Assembly: GCA_965221125.1 (NCBI GenBank)
Contig: CBDCRW010000007.1
Span: forward strand, 672,001 to 736,000
Direction: 5' to 3'
Source: Alphaproteobacteria bacterium
Lineage (GTDB): Bacteria; Pseudomonadota; Alphaproteobacteria; UBA828
Length of the DNA: 64,000 nt
This document shows positions 12,264-21,839 of the stretch, in pieces. The notes below the pieces were generated by a model. That model was given only the letters and a program-made list of their open reading frames with translations. It was not told where the DNA came from and did no database searches. The translations under genes were made by a program, and so were the position numbers. Position 1 is the stretch's first letter. The number at the start of each line of letters is the position of its first letter.

Positions 12264-13945
12264 ACGCGACCTCGCCGGCTGCGGCGCCTCACGTCCAGCG
12301 AGATGCGCTGCACTTCCTGCCCCTCGGCGGGGCAGGGGAGATCGGCATGAACCTCAACCTCTACGCCTGCGACGGCGCGTGGTTGATGGTCGATCTCGGC
12401 ATCACCTTCGCAGGCGACACGCTGCCGGGCATCGACGTGGTCATGCCGGACCCTGCGTTCATCGCGGAGCGCCGGAAGGATTTGCTGGCCATCGTGCTGA
12501 CCCACGCCCACGAGGATCACCTGGGCGCGGTCGCCTATCTCTGGCCGAGGCTCCGCTGCCCCGTGTACGCGACTCCCTTCGCCGCCGCCGTGCTGCGGGA
12601 GAAGCTGCGCGACGAGGGGCTGCTTTCCGAGGTGCCGCTGACCGAGGTGCCGCTCTCCGGCCGGCTCGATCTCGGACCCTTCGCGCTCACCTTCATCTCG
12701 CTCACGCATTCGATCCCCGAGCCCAACGCGCTGCTGATCGAGACGCCCTACGGGCGCGTCATGCACACCGGCGACTGGAAGATCGACGCCGACCCGCTGG
12801 TGGGCGAGCCCCTCGACGAAGTGGCGCTGCGGCAGGCGGGCGAGGCCGGCGTGCTGGCGCTGGTCGGCGATTCCACCAACGCGACGGTGGAGGGCGAATC
12901 GGGGTCGGAAGGCGCGGTACGCCAGACGCTCTCGCGCCTCATTGCCGAGCGAGAGAACGGCATCGCCGTGACCCTCTTCGCGTCGAACGTCGCCCGTCTC
13001 GAATCTGTCGCGTTCGCCGCGCGCGATGCGGGGCGGGAGCCGGTGCTGGTCGGCCGCTCGCTGCAGCGCTACGTGCGCGCGGCGCGGGCCTGCGGCTACC
13101 TGGATGGCGTGCGCCTGCTGACCGAGGACGAGGGCGCATCGCTTCACGGCAGCCAGGCGCTCCACCTCTGCACCGGCTGCCAGGGCGAGCCGCGCGCCGC
13201 GATGTCCCGCATCGCCGGCGACAGCCACCCCCGCGTGAGCCTCGGCGAAGGCGATACCGTGATCTTCTCGTCGAAGATCATTCCCGGCAACGAGCGGACC
13301 ATCGGCAACCTGCACAACCGGCTGCTGCGGCGCGGCATCGAGGTCATCACGGAGGCGGACGCGGAGGTCCACGTCTCCGGCCACCCATGCCGGGACGAGC
13401 TGCGCCAGATGTACCAGTGGATCAGGCCGCAGATCGCGGTGCCGGTGCACGGCGAGGCGCGGCACATGCAGGCGCACGGCGCGCTCGCCCGTTCGCTCCA
13501 GGTGCCCGAGCCCGTCCTCGTGGAGAACGGCGACCTGCTCAGGCTCGGCCCCGGCAAGGCCGCCATCGTCGGCCGCGCGCCGGCCGGCCGGCTCGCGCTG
13601 GACGGCGGGCAGATCGTCGCGACCGATCACGTCTCCATCGGCGCGCGGCGCAAGCTGATGCACAACGGCGCGATCTTCGTCTCCGTCATCGTCGACCGCA
13701 GCGGGCGAACCCTCGTATCGCCCATCGTCTCCGGGCGCGGCGTTCTCGATGCCGACGACCAGCAGGGGGAGCGGGAGGCGATCGCCGCGGACGTGGCGGA
13801 CGCGGTGGATTCGCTGCCGCGCGCGCAGGCGCGCAACGAGAGCGCGATCGAGGAGGCGGCGCGCCGCGCCATCCGGCGCGCGGTGCGCGACGGCTACGGC
13901 AAGCGCCCGGTGATCGACGTGCAGATCGCGCGCGTGCCAGGATGA
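12260..13945 (+). CDS. rnj: Ribonuclease J
   Basis: PLGGAGEIGMN, THAHEDH, HTGDWK, HVSGH and PVHGE motifs; ATGA overlap with coaX. Confidence 0.96.
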   Translation: MNATSPAAAPHVQRDALHFLPLGGAGEIGMNLNLYACDGAWLMVDLGITFAGDTLPGIDVVMPDPAFIAERRKDLLAIVLTHAHEDHLGAVAYLWPRLRCPVYATPFAAAVLREKLRDEGLLSEVPLTEVPLSGRLDLGPFALTFISLTHSIPEPNALLIETPYGRVMHTGDWKIDADPLVGEPLDEVALRQAGEAGVLALVGDSTNATVEGESGSEGAVRQTLSRLIAERENGIAVTLFASNVARLESVAFAARDAGREPVLVGRSLQRYVRAARACGYLDGVRLLTEDEGASLHGSQALHLCTGCQGEPRAAMSRIAGDSHPRVSLGEGDTVIFSSKIIPGNERTIGNLHNRLLRRGIEVITEADAEVHVSGHPCRDELRQMYQWIRPQIAVPVHGEARHMQAHGALARSLQVPEPVLVENGDLLRLGPGKAAIVGRAPAGRLALDGGQIVATDHVSIGARRKLMHNGAIFVSVIVDRSGRTLVSPIVSGRGVLDADDQQGEREAIAADVADAVDSLPRAQARNESAIEEAARRAIRRAVRDGYGKRPVIDVQIARVPG

Positions 13946-13958
13946 GCGGAGCCGCGCC

Positions 13959-14363
13959 ATGATCGGACGCCTGAACCATGTCGCCATCGCCGTGCCCGAT
14001 CTCGCGGCGGCGAGCGCGCTCTACCGCGGTACGCTGGGCGCCGAGGTCTCCGACCCCCTGGACCTGCCGGAGCATGGCGTGACCACGGTCTTCGTCGTGC
14101 TGCCCAACACCAAACTGGAATTGCTGCATCCGCTGGGCGAAGGCTCGCCCATCGCGGGCTTCCTCGCCAGGAACCCGGCTGGCGGGGTTCACCATCTCTG
14201 CTACGAGGTGGACGACATCCTCGGCGCGCGCGACCGCCTGGTCGCCGAGGGCGCGCGGGTGCTGGGCGACGGCGAGCCGCGCACGGGCGCCCACGGCAAG
14301 CCCGTTCTCTTCCTCCATCCCAAGGACTTCTGCGGCACGCTGATCGAGCTGGAGCAGGTCTGA
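13959..14363 (+). CDS. mce: Methylmalonyl-CoA epimerase
   Basis: LNHVAIAVPDL, GGVHHLCYEV and FLHPKDFCGTLIELEQ motifs. Confidence 0.95.
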   Translation: MIGRLNHVAIAVPDLAAASALYRGTLGAEVSDPLDLPEHGVTTVFVVLPNTKLELLHPLGEGSPIAGFLARNPAGGVHHLCYEVDDILGARDRLVAEGARVLGDGEPRTGAHGKPVLFLHPKDFCGTLIELEQV

Positions 14364-14372
14364 GGCATCGCC

Positions 14373-14615
14373 GTGGACGTCTTCGGCATCATCGTCGTCT
14401 TCGTGATCGCCTGGTGGCTCTCCTTCTTCGTCGCGCTTCCGTTCGGGATCAGGCCCATCGAGAATCCGGAGCCAGGCCACGCGCCGGGCGCGCCCCAGCG
14501 CCCGCGGCTCTGGCGCAAGGCGGCGATCGCGACCGTGGCCGGCGGCGTGATCACCGGCGCCATCGTCGGCATCGTCGATGCCGGCTGGCTCTCGATGGAA
14601 ACCTTCGCCGAGTAG
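14373..14615 (+). CDS. DUF1467 family small membrane protein
   Basis: WW..FF.ALPFG...PG...GAP..PRL.RK pattern; conserved neighbour of mce. Confidence 0.85.
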   Translation: MDVFGIIVVFVIAWWLSFFVALPFGIRPIENPEPGHAPGAPQRPRLWRKAAIATVAGGVITGAIVGIVDAGWLSMETFAE

Positions 14616-14631
14616 GGCGGGGCAGGGCGCC

Positions 14632-15177
14632 GTGACGAGCTATTGCGACATCGCGCCCGGGCACCCCTTCCACGGGCCCTATCACGACCGGGAATACGGT
14701 TTCCCGGTCCGTGACGACGACCGCCTGTTCGAACGCCTCGTGCTGGAGATCAACCAGGCCGGGCTCTCGTGGCTCACGATCCTGAAGAAGCGCGACGCCT
14801 TCACAGAAGCCTTCGAAGGCTTCGAGATCGCGCGGGTCGCCGCCTACGACGATGAGGCGCGCGCACGCCTGCTCGCCGATGCGGGCATCATCCGCAACCG
14901 GCTCAAGGTCGATGCCGCCATCGAGAACGCCCGGCGCATTCAGGCGCTGCAGGCCTCCCACGGCTCCTTCGCAGCCTGGCTCGACGCCCACCATCCCAGG
15001 CCGCATGGCGATTGGGTGAAGCTCTTCAAGGCGCACTTCAAGTTCATGGGCGGCGAGATCTGCCGGGAGTTCCTGCTGTCCACCGGCTATCTCGAAGGCG
15101 CCCACCGCCCCGACTGCCCGGTTTACGCCGAAATCCTCAAGCTGGAGCCGCCCTGGCTGCGTGCCTCTAGCGGTTAG
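14632..15177 (+). CDS. tag: DNA-3-methyladenine glycosylase I
   Basis: YHDREYG, FERLVLEINQAGLSW and IIRNRLK motifs, C-terminal H..DC; GTG start inferred. Confidence 0.92.
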   Translation: MTSYCDIAPGHPFHGPYHDREYGFPVRDDDRLFERLVLEINQAGLSWLTILKKRDAFTEAFEGFEIARVAAYDDEARARLLADAGIIRNRLKVDAAIENARRIQALQASHGSFAAWLDAHHPRPHGDWVKLFKAHFKFMGGEICREFLLSTGYLEGAHRPDCPVYAEILKLEPPWLRASSG

Positions 15178-15254
15178 AGCACAATCCGGCCGGATGGAAT
15201 CGTTCCCGGTTGCCGCCCGTTCGTGTGTTGGCTCGCTGAACGGCCGAAACGAAT

Positions 15255-15366
15255 CCCCCACCTCACCCCGGCCCTCTCCTCCCCGAGGGGAGGAGAGGGA
15301 GACTCCGCCATCGGCGTCAGCGTCCCCCCTCCGCCCATTGGGGGGAGGGGGACAGGGGGAGGTGGG
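15255..15366. repeat. Alphaproteobacterial REP/MITE-like palindromic intergenic element
   Basis: CCCCCACCTCACCCCGGCCCTCTCCTCCCCGAGGGGAGGAGAGGG followed by an inverted unit CCCCCTCCGCCC..GGGGGAGGGGGACAGGGGGAGGTGGG, between convergent genes. Confidence 0.75.
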
Positions 15367-15428
15367 AAAACTCCGTCCGCAGTGATCTCGTAAGGTCGGA
15401 AATCGGGCTAGCCCCGTCGCAATTCCGA

Positions 15429-16211
15429 TCAATGCAGGCTGGCGAGGTCCTCCTCGGTCTCCTCCTCGATCCGCTTGCCGAGGATGATCATGCCGAGCAC
15501 CTGGTCCTTGGTCACGTCCTGCGTGCGCACCGTGTCCACCACCTTGCCGCCGTTGAGCACGGTGATGCGGTCGGAGAGGTCGAAGACGTCGTGGATGTCG
15601 TGGCTGATGAGGAAGATGCCGATCCCTTCCGACTTCAGCCGCTTGATCAGGTCGCCGACCATGCGGGTCTCCTGGGGCCCGAGCGCCGCCGTCGGCTCGT
15701 CCATGATCAGGATCTTCGCGTTGAAGTAGATCGCGCGCCCGATGGCGACCGCCTGGCGCTGGCCGCCGGAGAGGTTGATCACCGGCTCCCGGATCGAGGG
15801 GATCTTGATCTGCAGGCGCTCGAGCACGCCCTGGATCTCGCTCGCCATCGCCTCCTCGTTGAGCGTGCGCGCCTTGGTCAGAAGCTCGCGCCCGAGAAAG
15901 ATGTTGGCCGACGCGTCCAGATTGTCGGCGAGCGCCAGCGTCTGATAGATCGTCTCGATGCCGAGCGCGCGCGCATCGCGCGGGTTGTTGATGTCGGCCA
16001 CCGCGCCCTCGATGCGGATCTCCCCGGAATCGCGCCTGAGCGCGCCCGAGAGGATCTTGATGAGCGTGGACTTGCCGGCGCCGTTGTGGCCGACGATGCC
16101 GACCACCTCGCCGGGGAAAAGGTCGACGCTCACGTCGGCCAGCGCGCGCAGGCCGCCGAACGACTTGTCGATGCCCTCCATCTGGACCAGCGGCGCAGCG
16201 TCGTCGCTCAT
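15429..16211 (-). CDS. Sugar ABC transporter ATP-binding protein (single domain)
   Basis: [16 protein letters not shown] and MDEPTAALG motifs; start MSDDAAP overlaps the permease stop. Confidence 0.93.
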   Translation of the reverse strand: MSDDAAPLVQMEGIDKSFGGLRALADVSVDLFPGEVVGIVGHNGAGKSTLIKILSGALRRDSGEIRIEGAVADINNPRDARALGIETIYQTLALADNLDASANIFLGRELLTKARTLNEEAMASEIQGVLERLQIKIPSIREPVINLSGGQRQAVAIGRAIYFNAKILIMDEPTAALGPQETRMVGDLIKRLKSEGIGIFLISHDIHDVFDLSDRITVLNGGKVVDTVRTQDVTKDQVLGMIILGKRIEEETEEDLASLH

Positions 16212-17455
16212 CGCACCTGCAACCTCCGCTTCTGATAGACCACGTCGAACCAGACCGCGAGCAACAGGACGCCGGCGCTCACCATCTGCTGGATGGCGCT
16301 GGTGATGCCCATGAGCAGCATGCCGTTCTGCAGGCTCTGCATGATGAGCGCGCCCAGGATCGCGCCCGCCACCGTGCCGACCCCGCCGGAGAGCGAGGCG
16401 CCGCCGATCACCGCCGCGGCGATCACGTTGAGCTCCGCGAGCTGGCCGAGCGACGTGGGCGAGGCGTTGAGCCGGGCGATCGACACCGCACCGGCAATCG
16501 CGCACAGGATGCCTGAGATGATGAAGATGTAGAGGGTCATCTTCTTGACGTCGACGCCGGCGAGCTCGGCGGCCTCGGGATTGCCGCCCATGGCGTAGAC
16601 GTAGCGGCCGAAGCGCGTGATCCGGGCCACCAGGCTCATCACGATCACGATCACGATCAGGATCAGCACCGGGATCGGGATGCCCTGCGGCGTCTTGCGG
16701 ATGGGATGCAGGTAGGCGTTCATCGTCATGACGAAGCCCACCACAGCGGCGCACGCGACGGCGATCAACGCAAGCTCCACCGCGAGCGGGCGCACCCGGA
16801 AGCCGTAGCGCTGCTTGCGCAGCCGGCTTTGCACGAAGAAGAAGACGATCCCGATGATGCCGAGCCCGCCGACCACCCAACTCCAGGTCTCGCCGATGGT
16901 CCCCTCGAGGCCGCCGCCGAGCTTCTGGAAGGTCTCGTCCATGGGCGAGATGGTGACGCCGCCGCTGATGAGCCACGACGCGCCGCGCCATGCGAGCAGG
17001 CCGGCCAGCGTGACGATGAAGGACGGCAGCGCGCGATAGGCGATCCAGTATCCCTGGAAGGCGCCCAGCAGCGCGCCGAAGGCAATGCAGATGAGCAGCG
17101 TGACGATCCAGTTGTAGCCGGCGCCGACCGGAAACACCCAGACCTGGAACACGGCCGCGAACATGCCCGCCAGGCCCATCATGGAGCCGACGGAAAGGTC
17201 GATATGGCGCGACACGATGACCAGCACCATGCCGGTCGCCATGATGGCGACGACGCTGGTCTGCAGCGACAGGTTGAAGAGGTTGCGCGCGGTCAGGAAG
17301 AACCCGCCGGTCGCAAACTCGAAGCCGACCGCGATGGCGGCCAGCACGGCGAACATGGCGAGAAGGCGGGCATCGACCTCGAGCACCGCCGCCACGCGCC
17401 GGAAGGTTCCGGCGGCCTGCGCGCCTCTGGCCCGTGCTCCCACCCCGTCGGTCAT
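16208..17455 (-). CDS. Sugar ABC transporter permease (XylH-like)
   Basis: [24 protein letters not shown] and [14 protein letters not shown] motifs. Confidence 0.93.
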   Translation of the reverse strand: MTDGVGARARGAQAAGTFRRVAAVLEVDARLLAMFAVLAAIAVGFEFATGGFFLTARNLFNLSLQTSVVAIMATGMVLVIVSRHIDLSVGSMMGLAGMFAAVFQVWVFPVGAGYNWIVTLLICIAFGALLGAFQGYWIAYRALPSFIVTLAGLLAWRGASWLISGGVTISPMDETFQKLGGGLEGTIGETWSWVVGGLGIIGIVFFFVQSRLRKQRYGFRVRPLAVELALIAVACAAVVGFVMTMNAYLHPIRKTPQGIPIPVLILIVIVIVMSLVARITRFGRYVYAMGGNPEAAELAGVDVKKMTLYIFIISGILCAIAGAVSIARLNASPTSLGQLAELNVIAAAVIGGASLSGGVGTVAGAILGALIMQSLQNGMLLMGITSAIQQMVSAGVLLLAVWFDVVYQKRRLQVR

Positions 17456-17487
17456 GACGTGCCCGTCATTGCCCGCAAGCCGGAAGA

Positions 17488-17518
17488 GCCGGCTCCGACA
17501 ATCGGCATCGGAGCCGGC
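17488..17518. terminator. Intercistronic stem-loop after the binding-protein gene (mRNA stabiliser or partial terminator)
   Basis: GCCGGCTCCGA-N9-TCGGAGCCGGC, a perfect 11-bp stem with no U tract. Confidence 0.5.
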
Positions 17519-17535
17519 GCCTCACGACCAGGTGT

Positions 17536-18621
17536 CTACTCGCAGCCCGCCGGCGGGTTCTTACCGTGGACCGTCTCCGGCACCGCATCGACGCCTGCGC
17601 AGAGCTCCTCCTTGGAGATCCAGCCGGCGTCGAGCACGACGTTGAGGTTGTCGCGCGTAATCGCGACCGGCGCGAGCTCGATCGCATCCTGGCAGAGCTT
17701 GTTGGGACCGCCACAGAACTTGGACGCGCCTTCGATCTGGTCGGGCGGCGTGCCCTCGGCAAGGGCGACGGCAATGTCCACGCCGGCGCGGCCGAGATCG
17801 CAGGCGTTCTTCCAGGCGCTGACCGTCTGGTAGCCCTTGGCGATGCGGTTGAGCGCCGCGATGTCGCCGTCCTGGCCTGAGACCGGAATGTTGCCGGCGA
17901 GGCCCTGCGAGGCGAGCGCCGCCACCACGCCGCCGGCGGTGCCATCGTTGGAGGCGACCACTGCGTCGACGTTGTTGTTGTTGGCGGTCAGGCACTGCTC
18001 CATGTTGACCTGCGCGTTCTCAGGCAGCCAGCCGTCGGAGTAGAGCTCGCAAACGATCTCGATATCGCCCGCCTCGATGTAGGGGGTCAGAATCTCGACC
18101 TGTCCGCCCCATACGAACTCGGTGATCTCCATGGTCGGGCTGCCCTTGATGTAGGCGAAGCGGCCCTTGTTCACGACATCGACCACGCCGCGCGCCTGAA
18201 TGCGGCCGACCTCGGCGTTGTCGAAGCTGAGGTAGAAGACGCCCGGCTCCTCGACCTGAACGTCATAGCCGATCGTGGGAATGCCGTTGGCGAGCGCCAT
18301 CTGCGCTGCCGGCTTCACCGCATCCGTCGAGTAAGGGATGATGAGGAGAACGTCTACGCCGCGGCTGACGAGCGTCTCGATATCGGCGCTCTGCTTCTCC
18401 GCCGACGCGTTGGCATCCGTCGAGATGTAATCCCAATCGGGGTACTTCTTGAGCTGATCCAGCATGCAGGCTTCGTCGTACTTCTTCCAGCGCTCCTCGC
18501 GGAAGTGCTGCCAGCTCACGCCCAAGAGCTTGTCGGCGGCAAGGGCCGGCCCGGCCGTCGCCCCGATGATGGCACTGATGCCGAGCGCCAGTGCGCCGGC
18601 CGCGAACGTCGATACCTTCAT
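17536..18621 (-). CDS. Sugar ABC substrate-binding protein (XylF-like)
   Basis: Signal peptide; EERWK, SFDN.EVG, NDGTAGG and VSGQD motifs; AGGGAGA RBS before ATG 18621. Confidence 0.9.
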   Translation of the reverse strand: MKVSTFAAGALALGISAIIGATAGPALAADKLLGVSWQHFREERWKKYDEACMLDQLKKYPDWDYISTDANASAEKQSADIETLVSRGVDVLLIIPYSTDAVKPAAQMALANGIPTIGYDVQVEEPGVFYLSFDNAEVGRIQARGVVDVVNKGRFAYIKGSPTMEITEFVWGGQVEILTPYIEAGDIEIVCELYSDGWLPENAQVNMEQCLTANNNNVDAVVASNDGTAGGVVAALASQGLAGNIPVSGQDGDIAALNRIAKGYQTVSAWKNACDLGRAGVDIAVALAEGTPPDQIEGASKFCGGPNKLCQDAIELAPVAITRDNLNVVLDAGWISKEELCAGVDAVPETVHGKNPPAGCE

Positions 18622-18743
18622 ATGAGTGGTCTCCCTTCGTGGTTGATCTGGCACATGCTCCCTCTCAGCGTCCCGCTCCCTGCCAGACCCCGCCGCCCAT
18701 GACGGCTTCGGAGAGCGGTACGCCCGATAAACCTGGTTTGAGA

Positions 18744-19916
18744 CTAGACGGTGATTTCCTCCACCCTGACCCAACGCCGCTCGGCATCGGAGAGGATGCA
18801 GGCGTCGATCACGCGCTGGACCTCCGCCGCGAATCTGAAATCGGGATAGGCCGGCTTGCCGGCCGCAACGGCCTCGATGAGGTCTTGCACCTCCATCACC
18901 TTGTAGTCGTTGTAGCCGGCGCCGATGCCGGGAACCGGATAGAACGCCGCGTAGCGCGGGTCGGTCGGGCCCATGACGACGTGCTTGAACCCTCTGGTCT
19001 CCTGCGCCCCGTCCTCCGTGTAGACCTGCAGGCTGTTGATGTTGTCGTAGAAGTAGCGCACCCCGCCCTCGGTGCCGGTCAGCTCGTAGCCGACGTCCAT
19101 GCGCTTGCCGAGCGAGACGCGGCTCATCTCCATGTGCCCGGTGAGGCCGCCCGAGGTCCTGAACATCACGGTCGCCACGTCGTCCGTATCGACCTGCACC
19201 ATCTGCCCGGTGCCGCCGGCGTCCTGGCTGAAGCCGCCGTGTTCCGCCGGCGCCGGCCGCTCGGGGATGACGATCTTCAGGTCGCACACCACCTCCTCGA
19301 CCGGCTGGCCGACGAGGTGGCTCAGGTAGGCGAAGCAATGTGCGCCGATGTCGCCGATCACGCCGGAGCCGGCCTTCGCCTTGTCGTTGCGCCAGGAGAA
19401 GGGGATCTCCGGCCGGCCCAGAAAATCCGCGCTGAACGAGCCCCGGTAGTAGTTCGGCGCGCCGATCTCGCCGTCCGCCACCAGCCGCCGGGCGAGCGAC
19501 TGCACCGGGTTCTTGATGTAGTTGAAGCCCACCATCGTCGTGACGCCCGCCTTCTCGGCCGCCTCCGCCATCGTGAACGCGGTCTTCGCGTCGTTGGCGA
19601 GGGGCTTTTCGCAGTAGACGTGCTTGCCGGCGGCGACCGCCGCCATCGCGATGTCGAAGTGAAGGTCGTTCGGCGTGTTGATGTCGACGATGTCGATGGT
19701 CGGATCGTCGATGATCTCGCGCCAGTCCGCCGTGTGGCGATTGAAGCCGAACTCGCGTGCCGCGCGGCTCGCGATCTCGTCGTTCACGTCGGCGAGGGCT
19801 TCGAGCACGGGCGCAGCGGGCTTTCCGCCGAACGCAAGCCGCTGAGCCTGGTAGCTCATGGCGTGGGTCTTGCCCATCCAGCCGGCGCCGACGAGGCCGA
19901 TCTTCAACTCTGACAT
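18744..19916 (-). CDS. Gfo/Idh/MocA family oxidoreductase
   Basis: GLVGAGWMG, TPNDLH, HVYCEKP and GDIGAH motifs. Confidence 0.92.
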   Translation of the reverse strand: MSELKIGLVGAGWMGKTHAMSYQAQRLAFGGKPAAPVLEALADVNDEIASRAAREFGFNRHTADWREIIDDPTIDIVDINTPNDLHFDIAMAAVAAGKHVYCEKPLANDAKTAFTMAEAAEKAGVTTMVGFNYIKNPVQSLARRLVADGEIGAPNYYRGSFSADFLGRPEIPFSWRNDKAKAGSGVIGDIGAHCFAYLSHLVGQPVEEVVCDLKIVIPERPAPAEHGGFSQDAGGTGQMVQVDTDDVATVMFRTSGGLTGHMEMSRVSLGKRMDVGYELTGTEGGVRYFYDNINSLQVYTEDGAQETRGFKHVVMGPTDPRYAAFYPVPGIGAGYNDYKVMEVQDLIEAVAAGKPAYPDFRFAAEVQRVIDACILSDAERRWVRVEEITV

Positions 19917-20070
19917 GCGGTGCTCCAACTCACGATTGCTGATTCCCGGCCGCCCGATTGTCGACGACGGAACCCTCAAGACACGACGCCGCGCTGCGAC
20001 CGCCGCGCGACGCCTTGAAAGCGTTCGCATCGTACCAAGCGCATGGTCTCTATGCCAGACTCGCCCGGCC

Positions 20071-21678
20071 ATGAGGACGCGAAATTACCGATTGGAACAG
20101 CGCGGAACCGGGCCCTGCGCGCCGTTGCGAGCGGTGCTCCTGCCGGCGCTTGCCGCCGCCCTGCTGACGGCCGGCCACGTCCGATCGGCGACGGCGGAGG
20201 CGGGCACGCCACGGTTCGCCGAGGTGGCGGCCGCGGCCGGCGTTTCGCATGCCTATACCGGCGACTGGCCCTATATCGTGGGCGGCGGTGTGGCGACCTT
20301 CGACTGCGACCACGACGGCGATTCGGACCTGTTCCTTGCCGGCGGTGCCGAGCCGTCCGCGCTCTTCCGCAACGAGAGCACGGGCACCCTCGCGTTCGCC
20401 GCGGTCGAAGCGCCCTCCGTGCGGATCGACGCCGTGACCGGCGCCTATCCTCTCGACCTGGACGCCGACGGCGTGATGGATCTCGCCGTGCTGCGGGCGG
20501 GCGAGAACGTGCTCCTGCGCGGGCGCGGCGACTGCGCCTTCGAGGTCGCCAACGCCGAATTCGGCTTCGACGGGGGCAACGCCTGGACCACCGCGTTCAG
20601 CGCCACCTGGGAGGACGGAAACCGGCTGCCGACCCTGGCCTTCGGCAATTACGTCGACCGGGACGACCCGAGCGGCCCCTTCAACGCCTGCGACGACAAC
20701 GTCCTGCTGCGCCCGGCGGGGCCCGGTGCATCCGGCTACGGCCCGCCCGCCAGGCTGACCGGCCACTGCACGCTCTCCATGCTGTTCACGGACTGGAACC
20801 GCTCAGGCCGGCCCGGCCTGCGTGTCAGCAACGACCGCCACTACTACGTGCGCGACGGGGAGGAGCAGCTCTGGCGCATGGATGCCGTTCCCCGCCTCTA
20901 CGGCCGCGAGGACGGTTGGCAGCGCCTGCGCATATTCGGCATGGGCATCGCGTCCCACGACGTCACCGGAGACGGCTACCCCGAGTACATGCTCACCAGC
21001 ATGGCCGACAACAAGCTGCGGACACTCACGCAAGGCGCGGACAGGCCGAGCTATGGCGATCTCGCCTACGCGCGGGGCGTCACCGCGCACGTGCCGCACG
21101 TGGGCGACGACCTGCGCCCGTCGACCGCCTGGCACCCGGCGTTCGGCGACGTCGACAACGATGGCTTCGTCGACCTCGTCATCACGAAGGGCAACGTGGA
21201 GTCGATGCCGGACACGGCGGCGCACGATCCCAACAATCTGCTGATGGGCGGCCCGGACGGCCGCTTCGTGGAGCGTTCCGTCGAGGCCGGGGTCGCCAGC
21301 ATGGCGAAGGGCCGGGGCGGTTCCCTCGTCGATCTCGACCGGGACGGCCGGCTCGATCTCGTCGTCGTCAACCGCGGCTCGCCGGTCGAAATCTTTCATA
21401 ATCGGAGCGAGACGGCCGGCAATTGGCTGCAAGTGCGTCTCGAGCAATCGGGGCCGAACCGGAACGGGATCGGCGCCTGGGTCGAGGTGAGCGACGGCAT
21501 GCGGACGTGGAGCCGCGAAGCGACGGTAGGCGGCGGCCACGCCAGCGGCGCGAACGGGTGGATTCATGTCGGCCTGGGCGCGGCGCAGGTCGTGAATATC
21601 AGCGTGATTTGGCCGGACGGTCACACCGTGCGATTCGAGGGCGTGCAGGCGAACACCTTCCTGACGCTCACGCGTTGA
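20071..21678 (+). CDS. Secreted CRTAC1 / FG-GAP repeat ASPIC-UnbV protein
   Basis: N-terminal hydrophobic stretch; repeated DxDxDG.xDL motifs; C-terminal GNWLQV..GIGA.V..HVGLG...VIWPDG domain; start uncertain. Confidence 0.88.
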   Translation: MRTRNYRLEQRGTGPCAPLRAVLLPALAAALLTAGHVRSATAEAGTPRFAEVAAAAGVSHAYTGDWPYIVGGGVATFDCDHDGDSDLFLAGGAEPSALFRNESTGTLAFAAVEAPSVRIDAVTGAYPLDLDADGVMDLAVLRAGENVLLRGRGDCAFEVANAEFGFDGGNAWTTAFSATWEDGNRLPTLAFGNYVDRDDPSGPFNACDDNVLLRPAGPGASGYGPPARLTGHCTLSMLFTDWNRSGRPGLRVSNDRHYYVRDGEEQLWRMDAVPRLYGREDGWQRLRIFGMGIASHDVTGDGYPEYMLTSMADNKLRTLTQGADRPSYGDLAYARGVTAHVPHVGDDLRPSTAWHPAFGDVDNDGFVDLVITKGNVESMPDTAAHDPNNLLMGGPDGRFVERSVEAGVASMAKGRGGSLVDLDRDGRLDLVVVNRGSPVEIFHNRSETAGNWLQVRLEQSGPNRNGIGAWVEVSDGMRTWSREATVGGGHASGANGWIHVGLGAAQVVNISVIWPDGHTVRFEGVQANTFLTLTR

Positions 21679-21839
21679 GGGTGTCCGCAGCCAGCGAAAG
21701 GGTGCTGGCCTTGGCATCCCCGATCGTTCACCATGTCGCGCAGCATGCCCCCGGCAGCGCCGGCAGAATCCGCGCTAGCCGGGACAGATACACGATGCGC
21801 CGCGCGCTCCCGCCGGCGCCCTGGACGAGGGAGTGACTC

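Noticed and set aside
9479-13945. Apparent long N-terminal extensions on BirA and RNase J (likewise for the sugar ATPase, XylF-like protein, EtfA and Hsp15)
   Set aside because: The extensions overlap the upstream gene in another frame; real starts lie at the coupled junctions.
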